DNA from: a virus
DNA: 64,000 bases
Strand: one strand, 5' to 3'
IMG/VR virus record: IMGVR_UViG_3300042882_001046
Coordinates: 1-64,000 of that record
Position numbers and translations under genes: made by a program. Below the pieces are notes generated by a model that worked only from the letters and a program-made list of their open reading frames with translations, was not told the DNA's origin and made no database searches. Of this stretch, positions 10,785 through 20,904 are shown piece after piece (position 1 is the stretch's first letter; the number at the start of each line of letters is the position of its first letter).

Positions 10785-11941
10785 AAATAGGAGTTATTGG
10801 TGCGGGAAGGCTAGGATTAACTTTTGCACTTCTTTGTGAAAAGGCGGGTTATTCTGTAATAGTATCTGATAAAAGAGAGGATTACGTATACAATTTAAAC
10901 AAAGGTATTTGTGACACTAACGAACCTTTAATACAAAAAATGTTATTTGAAGTTTATGAGTTTAGTGCAACAACAAATAATATTGAAATTATTGAGAATT
11001 GTGATGTTATATTCACATTTGTTGCAACTCCATCAACAACTGACGGAAGTTATGATACATCCGCAGTGTTTGAAGTTGCCAATGATTTTTACGAAGCATC
11101 TAAATTAGAGATACCAATATTCAATAAAAAATTTATAGTTGGATGCACAACCAATCCTGGAGATGTTGAGCAAATTCAGAAAAAACTTTCTATGTTCAGT
11201 ATACAGGTTGCGTATAACCCAGAGTTTATCGCTCAAGGGGAAATAGTAAAAGGTCTTGAAGAATCGGACATAGTTTTGATAGGTACTGAATATCAAGAAC
11301 TTGCTAACGAATTAATTCAAATTTATGGTAAAGTACAGACTACACCCGTCAATGCTCATGTAATGTCTTGTAAAGCCGCGGAAATTACTAAAATAGGTAT
11401 TAACTGTTTTTTAACAACTAAAATTAGTTATGCAAATATGATGGGTGACATTCTAACAAAATCAAATTTAGAGTATGAAATTGACTCAGTATTAAACGCA
11501 ATTGGTGGTGACACAAGAGTTGGTAAAAAATACATGAAATATGGTTTTGGGTTTGGTGGACCTTGTCTGCCAAGAGATAATAGGGCGTTAGGACACTACG
11601 CTAAAGAACTTGGAATGGAGTTAAACTTACCTTTAACTGTAGATGAATTTAATAAAGAACACTCTTTGTTTTTGAAAAACATTTTCATTAAACAAAACCC
11701 AGATAAGACTATCCCATTTGTTATGAATTACGTAACCTATAAAAGGGGCACCGATATTTTAGAAGAGTCTCAACAATTTAAATTATGTTTAGACCTATTA
11801 GAAGAAGGGTATTATTTGAATGTTATTGAAATTGACCCAGTGGTTAAACAACTATCCGACCTAAGTGAAAAATACAATGGTAAACTTAAGTTCTATAAAC
11901 CAGGCACAACCCCTGAAGGGTTTGTTATTAATTTACAATGA
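10781..11941 (+). CDS. ugd: UDP-glucose/GDP-mannose dehydrogenase family protein
   Basis: GAGRLG, YNPEFIAQG and catalytic GFGGPCLPRD. Confidence 0.88.
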   Translation: MKIGVIGAGRLGLTFALLCEKAGYSVIVSDKREDYVYNLNKGICDTNEPLIQKMLFEVYEFSATTNNIEIIENCDVIFTFVATPSTTDGSYDTSAVFEVANDFYEASKLEIPIFNKKFIVGCTTNPGDVEQIQKKLSMFSIQVAYNPEFIAQGEIVKGLEESDIVLIGTEYQELANELIQIYGKVQTTPVNAHVMSCKAAEITKIGINCFLTTKISYANMMGDILTKSNLEYEIDSVLNAIGGDTRVGKKYMKYGFGFGGPCLPRDNRALGHYAKELGMELNLPLTVDEFNKEHSLFLKNIFIKQNPDKTIPFVMNYVTYKRGTDILEESQQFKLCLDLLEEGYYLNVIEIDPVVKQLSDLSEKYNGKLKFYKPGTTPEGFVINLQ

Positions 11942-12666
11942 TAAAATTTGTTGTTTGCGTTTGGAACGCAGAAAAGTATATTAAAAATTGCATTAGAACT
12001 TTAAAGTCTCAACAAGACACAAATTTTAAAGTTTATATTATTGATGACGTATCTACTGACACTTCGGTAGATGTAATTAAATCTTTAATTCAAGAGGACG
12101 AAAGATTTAATTTAATCATTAATGAAGAAAAAAAATTCAAACTAAAAAACCTTGATGAGTTAATCACCACTTTTGATGATGAAGATATTGTTATTGAATT
12201 AGATGGGGATGATTTTTTATTGAATTCAAATGTTGTTGGGGATATTCGTAAAGTATATTCCGACAAAAAGGTTTGGTTAACCAACGGGTCTTTTATGTAT
12301 ACAAACGGTGACTCAGGTTTTTCACAAAAATGCAACCCAAACACAGTACGTAAAGACGCATTTAGATTTTCTCACCTAAGAACTTGGAAATCGTTTCTTT
12401 GGAAATCAATCCCAAAGAATTATTTAAAAGACGATAATGGAGAATACTTCAAATCCGCCGCGGATGTTGCATACACCTTTTCGCTTTTAGAATTAGCAGG
12501 TGAAGAAAATTATAGATTCTTACCCGAATTGTATTATGTTTATAATGCAGAATCACCATACAATGACCACAAACCAGGTAGTGCTACTGGAGGAGGTCAT
12601 CAAGAACAGGAAAGATGTGCGAACATAATCAGAAATAAAACAAAATTAAACAAGTTAATTAGATGA
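11938..12666 (+). CDS. GT2 glycosyltransferase
   Basis: WNAEKYI..IIDDVSTD..ELDGDD. Confidence 0.85.
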   Translation: MIKFVVCVWNAEKYIKNCIRTLKSQQDTNFKVYIIDDVSTDTSVDVIKSLIQEDERFNLIINEEKKFKLKNLDELITTFDDEDIVIELDGDDFLLNSNVVGDIRKVYSDKKVWLTNGSFMYTNGDSGFSQKCNPNTVRKDAFRFSHLRTWKSFLWKSIPKNYLKDDNGEYFKSAADVAYTFSLLELAGEENYRFLPELYYVYNAESPYNDHKPGSATGGGHQEQERCANIIRNKTKLNKLIR

Positions 12667-13472
12667 GTAACTTAATATCATGTAATTTAATGGGAGGATT
12701 GGGTAATCAGATTTTTCAAGCCGCTCACGCAATTGCACAAGGAATTACACATAACAGAGAAGTGGTATTTGTACCAAGGTCTTGGACTCCAATGCAAGGT
12801 AGACAAACTGAAAACTACCTAAAAAACATTTTCAGAAATATGAAATTTGTTGATAATATAGATGGATTTGAAAAAGTTAGCGAAGGTCCTTGGGAATACA
12901 TTGATGTGTTTGTTAAAGAAGGGAATACCGTTTTTGACGGATACTTTCAAAGTTCAAAAAACTTCTTAGGTCATGATGATAGAATCAGAAACATATTCTC
13001 ACCTACAGAAGAATTCATAAGTGAAATGATGGAAAAACACCCTGAATTAAAACAAGAAAATACACTGTCTGTTCACATTAGAAGAGGTGATTGTTTTATG
13101 AATCCTGATATCCACCCAATCGCAACTGAAAAATATATTGAGAGAGCCGTTAAAGAAATCGGAGAATATTCTCACGTTTTTGTTTTCAGTGATGACAAAG
13201 AATGGGTAAAACAAAACCTTAAGTTTGAAAACGTAACTTACGTTGAGGATGAAGATTATAAAGAAATGTGGTTGATGTCGTTGTGTAAAAACAACATTAT
13301 TGTTAACTCCACATTTTCATGGTGGGGAAGTTTCTTAAATAAAACCCCTAATAAAAAAATAGTAGCACCTTCAATATGGTTTGGACCAAGGGGACCAAGA
13401 AATTATAAAGATATTTATGAACCATACTGGACTGTTTTAGAAGTTAAATACGAAGACGGATGGTTAAATTAA
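12663..13472 (+). CDS. GT11 alpha-1,2-fucosyltransferase-like protein
   Basis: GGLGNQIFQ, GYFQS, VHIRRGD, FSDD and NSTFSWWG. Confidence 0.92.
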   Translation: MSNLISCNLMGGLGNQIFQAAHAIAQGITHNREVVFVPRSWTPMQGRQTENYLKNIFRNMKFVDNIDGFEKVSEGPWEYIDVFVKEGNTVFDGYFQSSKNFLGHDDRIRNIFSPTEEFISEMMEKHPELKQENTLSVHIRRGDCFMNPDIHPIATEKYIERAVKEIGEYSHVFVFSDDKEWVKQNLKFENVTYVEDEDYKEMWLMSLCKNNIIVNSTFSWWGSFLNKTPNKKIVAPSIWFGPRGPRNYKDIYEPYWTVLEVKYEDGWLN

Positions 13473-14278
13473 ACATGTTATCAAGGAACTTTGCTCACGA
13501 CAAAGGTTCTACAGCAAACAAAGCACCTCAATTGATTGAATGGTGTTTTAATAGTTACGACAACCCAATTTCAGTATATTTGGATAACGACCTATTCAAG
13601 GGAATCGAAGACCATAAAGTTGACAATGGTGCAAAGAAAAAATTCCTTTGGGTTATTGAATCAAGAAAGTTTGACGGTGGAGCAATTGATAACATCAAAT
13701 CAAATTTAGATGATGTACTTAACACATTTGAACAGATTTGGACTCACAATGACGAATTACTTTCATTACATCCGAAGTTCAAATGGACACCAGCTTACGG
13801 TAGTTATATCAAAGATTTTGGTATTCACCCAAAAACAAAGATGGCGTCTATGATTACATCTAATAAAAGATGGACTCGTCAACACGAAATCAGACACGAT
13901 TTTGCAATGAACAACATTGATAAGATTGATGTATTCGGTAGAGGTATTAAAGAAATACCAAACAAAGAGGTTGGGTTGAAAGATTATATGTTTTCATTCG
14001 CGGTTGAGAACGATACATATGATACCTACTTTACTGAAAAAATATTGGATTGCTTTGCAACAGGAACTATACCAGTTTATATGGGAACGAAGAAAGTTGT
14101 AGAATATTTTAACCCTGATGGGATAATATTTTTTGACGGTACGTTTGACCTTTCTAAACTAACGGAAGAGTTGTATCAGTCAAAAATGGACGCAATCAAA
14201 GACAACTACGATAGAGTTCAAAAGTATAGTGTGTTGGATGATTGGATTTTTGAAAACTATTTAAAAGAATATGTCTAA
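13460..14278 (+). CDS. GT10 alpha-1,3-fucosyltransferase-like protein
   Basis: YMFSFAVEN..YFTEKILDCFATGTIPVYMG. Confidence 0.8.
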   Translation: MVKLNMLSRNFAHDKGSTANKAPQLIEWCFNSYDNPISVYLDNDLFKGIEDHKVDNGAKKKFLWVIESRKFDGGAIDNIKSNLDDVLNTFEQIWTHNDELLSLHPKFKWTPAYGSYIKDFGIHPKTKMASMITSNKRWTRQHEIRHDFAMNNIDKIDVFGRGIKEIPNKEVGLKDYMFSFAVENDTYDTYFTEKILDCFATGTIPVYMGTKKVVEYFNPDGIIFFDGTFDLSKLTEELYQSKMDAIKDNYDRVQKYSVLDDWIFENYLKEYV

Positions 14279-14975
14279 AATTTGTTTGATAAGGCAACCC
14301 GCTGGAATTGGTGATATTTTTTTCACACAAAAAATAGCTAAGGATTATATCTCAAAAGGATATCTTGTGATATGGCCAGTAATCCCTCAGTTTGAGTTCA
14401 TTAAAGATTATATCAAAATTGATAATTTAATCTTCGTGAATGAAAATGCAGATTTTCCACACAGAAATATCTACATGGAAGGTTATTCTAAACCTATGAT
14501 GATTAACGTAAATGATGTTTATTTACCTATTCAACATTTCGATAGACATTATAACGGTCCTGTAATGCACGCTAAGTATAAATTACTTGATATTGATTTT
14601 AGTGACTGGGTTGAACATTTCACGTTTGAAAGAAATTTGGAGAGAGAACAAAAGTTAATTGACCATTTTGGTGTTAACGATAAAGAATTTGTTTTTGTTA
14701 ATAGAATGTTTGGGTCTCCGCCAGATTCTAAACCTTGTCCACACATGGGTGAATATGAAAACTCTGTAGAGATGTCGTATCTTGGGTGGGACAACCTATT
14801 TGATTGGATAGGATTGTTATTAAAAGCCAAACATATCTATACGGTTGAAACTTCGATATTGTACATCATAAATAAACTAGGATTGAAAAACGTAACCGTT
14901 TATTCAAGGCACAATCCTCCGAGTTTTCATCAGGTGGAACATATGTTTGATAAAGATTTAACTTATATAAAATGA
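14271..14975 (+). CDS. Hypothetical protein, possible GT-B-like
   Basis: IRQPAGIGDIFF N-terminus; position in the glycosylation cluster. Confidence 0.6.
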   Translation: MSKICLIRQPAGIGDIFFTQKIAKDYISKGYLVIWPVIPQFEFIKDYIKIDNLIFVNENADFPHRNIYMEGYSKPMMINVNDVYLPIQHFDRHYNGPVMHAKYKLLDIDFSDWVEHFTFERNLEREQKLIDHFGVNDKEFVFVNRMFGSPPDSKPCPHMGEYENSVEMSYLGWDNLFDWIGLLLKAKHIYTVETSILYIINKLGLKNVTVYSRHNPPSFHQVEHMFDKDLTYIK

Positions 14976-15355
14976 TTTACGTACCAGTTAGTGTTGGAGA
15001 ATTAATTGACAAATTATCAATCCTACACGTAAAAAAAACAAAAATAACTAACGAAGAAAAGTTAGTTTTAGTAAATAAAGAATTTGAACTATTGTATAAT
15101 TTATCCTCAATTTATTTAGATAGTCCAGACATTGAAGCATTGTATCACCAGTTATGTGATATTAATGAAAAATTGTGGGATGTTGAAGATAGATTAAGAG
15201 TCATTGAAACTGAAAAAAGATTTGAAGGTGAATTTATAGACCAAGCAAGAAAAGTATATTTCACAAACGATGAAAGATTCAGATTAAAGAATGAAATTAA
15301 CGCAATCACCGATTCTGAAATTAGAGAGGTGAAAGAATATGTAAAATACCAATAA
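14972..15355 (+). CDS. DUF6165-like protein
   Basis: PVSVGELIDKLSIL..INEKLWDVED..ARKVYFTNDERFRLKNEIN. Confidence 0.7.
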   Translation: MIYVPVSVGELIDKLSILHVKKTKITNEEKLVLVNKEFELLYNLSSIYLDSPDIEALYHQLCDINEKLWDVEDRLRVIETEKRFEGEFIDQARKVYFTNDERFRLKNEINAITDSEIREVKEYVKYQ

Positions 15356-15356
15356 T

Positions 15357-16028
15357 ATGATACACAACATTAAAGAAGCATTAAAAAATTATTTTGAAGA
15401 CGAAAGTTTGATTAACCCTGAAGGAACCCCTGGTTCTGAAACAGGTTACCCAGAAAGAAACGTCAGTTGGATGAAAGAAAATTTAATTCCAAAAATTAAA
15501 AACTTAATAGATAAAAATGTTAATAAGAATTGTTTAGACGTTGGATGTGCTCAAGGATATTTCACCAGAGTTTTAAGTGAAACTTTTGATAAGACTTATG
15601 GAATCGATTTATCTAATAATAGAATTAATTATGCTAAACAATATGAGACTGAAAATTTAAAATTTATTCAATCGGACTTAACTGAAAGTTTTGAAAATAA
15701 GTTTCCAATTAAATTTGATTTCATGTTTACGAACGCAGTCCTTCCTCACATACCTTTAGAATTTAAGTCAGATGTTTTTAAAAATTTAGCGGAAGTGGCA
15801 AATCCAGGATGTATTTTTGTGATGTATGATGGAATGTTAAATGACGATAATAAACATAAACATGACGGGAACGAACAAGCTAATTTTGAAAATTGGAACG
15901 GTAGAGAAATAATTAGAGTTGTTTTTATAAGTGAAAAATGGATACGTGAAAATGCGACGGATTGGGAAATCGTACAAATTACTAACGTTGGTCACGCAAC
16001 TGAAGAAATAATATTAAAAAGAAAATAA
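15357..16028 (+). CDS. Class I SAM-dependent methyltransferase
   Basis: LDVGCAQG, GIDLS and FDFMFTNAVLPH. Confidence 0.88.
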   Translation: MIHNIKEALKNYFEDESLINPEGTPGSETGYPERNVSWMKENLIPKIKNLIDKNVNKNCLDVGCAQGYFTRVLSETFDKTYGIDLSNNRINYAKQYETENLKFIQSDLTESFENKFPIKFDFMFTNAVLPHIPLEFKSDVFKNLAEVANPGCIFVMYDGMLNDDNKHKHDGNEQANFENWNGREIIRVVFISEKWIRENATDWEIVQITNVGHATEEIILKRK

Positions 16029-16029
16029 C

Positions 16030-16683
16030 ATGAGCTTATTTGGAGCGTTTTGGGATAAAGACCCCAATCCAGTTGGAACTGAAAATTTTGGAAACAATAA
16101 AGGTTTGTTTCATAATTTAGATTGGACACCTAAAGGTGTTTTACATATTGGTGCTTGGGATGCTTGGGAAGCAAAACAATACTCTCATTATTGTGGTGAT
16201 AATTCTATTTTCTTGGAGGCGAACCCAAATTCGTACCAAAGGTTTAAAAATGAGATTGAACAGTTTGGTCAAAAGATATACAACTTAGCTGCATGGAATG
16301 AAGACGATTTGGAAATGAATCTTTATTGTCCGTCATCAAATCCTGATTCAAGTTCACTAATAGAACAAAGTGGTAATATTGTTAAAACAAAAACAATAAC
16401 AATTAAAACCTTGTTTGAAAGAGAAAGGTTTGATTTCAAAAACTACGATTTATTAAACATAGATACTGAAGGTGCTGAATTACAGGTATTAGAGGGTATT
16501 GGAGATGAGATTAAAAATTTTACCTACATTATTATTGAAGTATCCGATTTAGGGTCTGACTTTGATAGAAAGGTAAACGAATACATAGTTTCAAAAGGAT
16601 TTGAGTTTATTAAAGACAGTACTCACCATAGAAGTTCGGTGACAGGTAAAATGTTTTGTGATAAATTATATAAGAAAATTTAA
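16030..16683 (+). CDS. FkbM-family methyltransferase
   Basis: HIGAW, LEANP and NIDTEGAELQVLEG. Confidence 0.88.
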   Translation: MSLFGAFWDKDPNPVGTENFGNNKGLFHNLDWTPKGVLHIGAWDAWEAKQYSHYCGDNSIFLEANPNSYQRFKNEIEQFGQKIYNLAAWNEDDLEMNLYCPSSNPDSSSLIEQSGNIVKTKTITIKTLFERERFDFKNYDLLNIDTEGAELQVLEGIGDEIKNFTYIIIEVSDLGSDFDRKVNEYIVSKGFEFIKDSTHHRSSVTGKMFCDKLYKKI

Positions 16684-17513
16684 TGAAGAGTTCTGTTGTA
16701 CTATCATCAAGAAACGATAACTATGGTGGAAATTTACATAAAAGAACCACCATGGCATTAACCTCCCTGATTGAAAATCATGATGAGGTTATTTTTGTTG
16801 ATTGGAAGACCGTTAATGGTGAAGGTGTTATTTCAAACATAAAACATAATATACCCCACACAGGTAAATTAAAACACATACAAGTTCCAAAAGAACTATT
16901 AAAAGAAAAGTACCCCGAACTTAATCAATATAACATGATTGAATCAATCAGTCGTAATGTAGGGGTTAGACGAGCTCAGAATGACTTTATTGTATCTACT
17001 AACATAGACATAGTGACAACTCCACTGGATTTTAATACTCTTGACACAGGTTCGTTTTATACAGTACAAAGAAGGGACGTGGATGAAAAACTTCATTTAT
17101 CATTCAACGATTATCAATCACTATATAATCACCTTAATAGTCGTAGAGATTCATTTAGGGCTAAAGAACTATTTGAAAGTGAAAACGACCGTTGGTCTTT
17201 AATTAATTGTTGTGGAGATTATCAGATTGGACATAGAGATATTTGGTTTAAAATGAAAGGGTTTGAAGAATCAGTTTTATTTGGATGTGGTATTGACACA
17301 AACGTAATGAAGAAATCGTCATTCTATTCAGACATTAAAATTTTAGACCATTACATTTTTCATTTAAATCACGGTAAAGGTGGCGATAGAGATGAGGACG
17401 AATCAGTTCCTCCAATGTCTGACCAAAACGAAATTATTCGAGATTTCACACAAACCTCTAATTCAGAAAATTGGGGTATGTATAACGAAGATTTACCAAT
17501 AGAAATTATATGA
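16683..17513 (+). CDS. GT-A fold glycosyltransferase-like protein
   Basis: SRNDNYGG..FVDW..RNVGVRRAQNDFIVSTNIDI..GDYQIGHR. Confidence 0.65.
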   Translation: MKSSVVLSSRNDNYGGNLHKRTTMALTSLIENHDEVIFVDWKTVNGEGVISNIKHNIPHTGKLKHIQVPKELLKEKYPELNQYNMIESISRNVGVRRAQNDFIVSTNIDIVTTPLDFNTLDTGSFYTVQRRDVDEKLHLSFNDYQSLYNHLNSRRDSFRAKELFESENDRWSLINCCGDYQIGHRDIWFKMKGFEESVLFGCGIDTNVMKKSSFYSDIKILDHYIFHLNHGKGGDRDEDESVPPMSDQNEIIRDFTQTSNSENWGMYNEDLPIEII

Positions 17514-18148
17514 GCGAACCAAAATCAATAATAATTGTCGGTGGCTCGGCAGGTGCAAAAATTGCAACAAACATTTTTAAAATAACTCACCCGAGACACG
17601 TACTATATTATGTCGAATGTTATGCCGACGAAATTATAACCAACCGTTTATATTCAACGGTTGAAAAATCCTTAGAACATCTTAAGTCCCCTAACATAGA
17701 ATATTTTATTGCAACGGGAGACAATTTGTTAAGAAAAAAACATTACGAGTTAATCAAAGAACATACAAAGAAAGAACCAATAAATTGTATTCACCCAACT
17801 GCTGTTGTCGAATCCAAAAGGTTTGGACATGGTAATTTGGTTTGTCCCAACGCGGTTGTTCACATCGACTCTCATATTGGAGATTGTACAATTATTAATA
17901 CGGGTTCTGTTGTAGAACACGATTGTCATGTTGGGGATTATTCACAAATATCTCCAAATACAACTCTATGTGGTTATGTTCATATTGGTGAGAATTGTTT
18001 TATTAGTGCGGGAAGTACTATAATTCCTAAAGTTACAGTTGGTGATAACTCTATTGTTGCCGCGGGTTCAGTTGTAATAACTGATGTCCCACCAAATGTT
18101 ATGGTTGCAGGTATACCATCAAAAGTTAAAAAAGTTTATAAATTATGA
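17510..18148 (+). CDS. NeuD/PglD-family hexapeptide acetyltransferase
   Basis: IHPTAVV, IINTGSVVEHDC, hexapeptide repeats and VAGIPSK. Confidence 0.9.
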   Translation: MSEPKSIIIVGGSAGAKIATNIFKITHPRHVLYYVECYADEIITNRLYSTVEKSLEHLKSPNIEYFIATGDNLLRKKHYELIKEHTKKEPINCIHPTAVVESKRFGHGNLVCPNAVVHIDSHIGDCTIINTGSVVEHDCHVGDYSQISPNTTLCGYVHIGENCFISAGSTIIPKVTVGDNSIVAAGSVVITDVPPNVMVAGIPSKVKKVYKL

Positions 18149-19308
18149 GAAAATTAAGTATTCCAATTTTTAGATTGAAATTTGATTTCAAATCCAAAGT
18201 TAAATTCCTAAGAGGTTCTTGGGATATATTGTCTTCTGACAGACCATTAGGTGAATCCAAATACGTTAAAGAGTTTGAAGATAAATTTGCCAAGATGAGT
18301 GATGCAAAATATGCGTTAGCCTGTTCAAATGGTACCACCGCTATTGAGTTAGCGTTAAAGTCTCTTGGAGTATATGGTAAAAAAGTTTTGATGCCGTCAA
18401 ATACATTTTTCGCAACTAGTGTTGCAGTTACAAATGCTGGAGGTATTGTTGAATTATTAGATATGGAATCGCAATCATTTTCAATTTGTCTGAAAGATTT
18501 GGAATCTAAAATAACTTCGGAAACAGGTGCGGTTATTATTGTTCACATTGGTGGTATCATATCACACGATATTAATAAGATTGTTCAGTTATGTAAAAAA
18601 CATAATGTTCCATTAGTTGAAGACGCGGCCCACGCCCACTTTTCTTTAAAAGGTACTCAACGAGCAGGAGTTATTGGTGATGTAGGTACCTTCTCATTCT
18701 TCCCAACAAAAGTTATGACAACAGGTGAAGGTGGTATGATTACTACAAATAACAAAGAACTTTATGAAAAAATGAAATCATTAAAGAACTTTGGTAGACA
18801 TCTTGAGGATGCGGGTGTTATTGTCGCACCAAATGGAAACAACTTTAAGATTAACGAATTTACTGGATTATTAGGTAGTATAGAATGTGATAGAGTTCAT
18901 GACAGAATTGAACAAAGAAGTTATCTTTTAGAGAGATACCGAAAAAATTTAGAAAAGACCAAATACACAGTTATCAAACAAAAAGGTAAGGGTATTTGTG
19001 CGAACTATAAGGCAATTGTTATTACCCCTATGGACGGTGCTTGGTTAAAAAAATATTGTAAAGAAAGAGGTATTTCATTAACGGGAGAGGTATATAGAAT
19101 CCCCGTTCATCAACAACCTTTATATAAAGAGCAATTTTCCTCTGTAAATTTACCAAATACTGATTATTATTGTAAACATCACGTATGCCCTCCTCTATAC
19201 CCTGAGTTATCAATAAAAGAGGTCGATTACATTTGTGATGTTTTAAAACAAGCTTTAATCGATTATGAAGAACAGAGTAGCAAAACTAACTCAGATAAGA
19301 AAGATTGA
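18145..19308 (+). CDS. DegT/DnrJ/EryC1/StrS aminotransferase
   Basis: SNGTTAI, VEDAAHAH and FSFFPTKVMTTGEGG (PLP lysine). Confidence 0.93.
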   Translation: MRKLSIPIFRLKFDFKSKVKFLRGSWDILSSDRPLGESKYVKEFEDKFAKMSDAKYALACSNGTTAIELALKSLGVYGKKVLMPSNTFFATSVAVTNAGGIVELLDMESQSFSICLKDLESKITSETGAVIIVHIGGIISHDINKIVQLCKKHNVPLVEDAAHAHFSLKGTQRAGVIGDVGTFSFFPTKVMTTGEGGMITTNNKELYEKMKSLKNFGRHLEDAGVIVAPNGNNFKINEFTGLLGSIECDRVHDRIEQRSYLLERYRKNLEKTKYTVIKQKGKGICANYKAIVITPMDGAWLKKYCKERGISLTGEVYRIPVHQQPLYKEQFSSVNLPNTDYYCKHHVCPPLYPELSIKEVDYICDVLKQALIDYEEQSSKTNSDKKD

Positions 19309-20293
19309 GATTTTTGAGGAAGAAATTCCAAAATTAAAGGAAGGTCAAATACTTGTCGCAATGAAATCTGTTGGAATCTGTGGTTCCGACATGCATTACT
19401 TTAAAGAAGGAGGATTAGGCTCCTTTAAAAATCCTCTCCCAATGTATATGGGACATGAACCTGCGGGGGTCATAGTTGACGCCAACGGGTCTAAAAAATT
19501 CAAAGATGGTGATAGAGTCGCAGTTGAACCTGGGATGCCTTGTATCACATCTTATTGGTCTTTAAGAGGTAAACATAACTTATGTGATAAGGGAACTTTC
19601 ATGGGAGCAAATTCTCAAGGAGCGTTTGCCGATTATGTTGTGGTTGAAGAACTACAATTGGCAAAGATACCCGATTCAATGTCATTCAACTTGGCAAGTT
19701 TACTTGAACCTCTTGGAGTTTGTCTTCACACCGCAAATTTAATTGAACCTAAATTTACTGAATCTGCAACCATCTTTGGTGCGGGTCCAATTGGTTTATG
19801 TATGTTTTCAATTTTAAAGAAGGCAGGAGTTAAAGATATTTTCATGATTGACAAACTACCTTACCGAACCAAATTCGCAAAAGATTTCGGAGCAACCGAA
19901 TCATTTTTACTTGCCGATGACTACGCAAGAAAAATCAAAGAACTTACTGGTGGAATGGGAACAACCATGGCTATCGACACAGGAGGTACAACAGAATCTA
20001 TTGATGGTTGTATTAATGTGGCAGCGGTTAATGGTAAAGTTGCATTAATCGGGATACCTGAAGCGGATTTTGTAACCTACAACCCACACAGAATGAGAAC
20101 CAAAGAATTAACAATCAAAAACGTAAGAAGGTCGAATCAAACTTTGGATGACTGTGTTAAGAACTACACAGGAGACAAAGAGATTGAGGGTATTATTTCC
20201 CATGAATTTGAATTTAACGATATTCAAAAAGCATTTGATACTGTTGCGGATTATAAAGACCAAATCCTAAAATGTATTATAAAAAATAACTAA
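19265..20293 (+). CDS. Zn-dependent alcohol/polyol dehydrogenase (MDR)
   Basis: GICGSDMH, GHEPAG and FGAGPIG. Confidence 0.9.
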   Translation: MKNRVAKLTQIRKIEIFEEEIPKLKEGQILVAMKSVGICGSDMHYFKEGGLGSFKNPLPMYMGHEPAGVIVDANGSKKFKDGDRVAVEPGMPCITSYWSLRGKHNLCDKGTFMGANSQGAFADYVVVEELQLAKIPDSMSFNLASLLEPLGVCLHTANLIEPKFTESATIFGAGPIGLCMFSILKKAGVKDIFMIDKLPYRTKFAKDFGATESFLLADDYARKIKELTGGMGTTMAIDTGGTTESIDGCINVAAVNGKVALIGIPEADFVTYNPHRMRTKELTIKNVRRSNQTLDDCVKNYTGDKEIEGIISHEFEFNDIQKAFDTVADYKDQILKCIIKNN

Positions 20294-20294
20294 T

Positions 20295-20903
20295 ATGAAA
20301 TTAAATTTAGATTATACAGGTGACAGTAGATGGGAACAAATGTCCGACATACATAAGACATCATTACCAATACCTAACTTATTTGTTAGTTTACTTTACC
20401 AGTACCAAGACAAAATCCCAAACTTAAACGAAATAAATTTTGCAATTGAAACAGGAACTCATGACGCAAGAACTTCAATATTCTTGGCTGAACATTTTGA
20501 TGTTACATTCACAGTAGAATTATTTCCTGACCGTAATCCTTACGATGGAAAAAGTTATAGAGAATCATATCAAAAACTTTCTGAACAATACGGTAACCTT
20601 ACTTTCTTGGAAGGTAATTCAGGAGATGTATTAAAATCTGTATTAGAAGAATTACCTGATGAAAGATTCTTTATTCTATTAGATGCTCACAGTATGTTAG
20701 AAGGTCCATTAAGAGAAGAATTAGGCGCGATTAAAGAGGCAAGCAATCGTAACGACCACGTTATGTTAATTGACGACTGTAAAGATTTAGGACAAGGAAA
20801 CTTCCCAACCTTACAGGAATTTAAAGATGCTCTTCATAGTATCAATCCAAATTATACAATCATAAACACAGAACAAGGAAACCACATTTATTTGGTTTAT
20901 TAA
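20295..20903 (+). CDS. Putative SAM methyltransferase
   Basis: IETGT..VEL..GNSGDVL..LLDAH..LIDD. Confidence 0.65.
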   Translation: MKLNLDYTGDSRWEQMSDIHKTSLPIPNLFVSLLYQYQDKIPNLNEINFAIETGTHDARTSIFLAEHFDVTFTVELFPDRNPYDGKSYRESYQKLSEQYGNLTFLEGNSGDVLKSVLEELPDERFFILLDAHSMLEGPLREELGAIKEASNRNDHVMLIDDCKDLGQGNFPTLQEFKDALHSINPNYTIINTEQGNHIYLVY

Positions 20904-20904
20904 T

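Noticed and set aside
18145-20293. Aminocyclitol (2-deoxystreptamine-like) antibiotic pathway
   Set aside because: The DegT plus Zn-dehydrogenase pairing resembles it, but no cyclitol synthase is present and the context is nucleotide-sugar enzymes.
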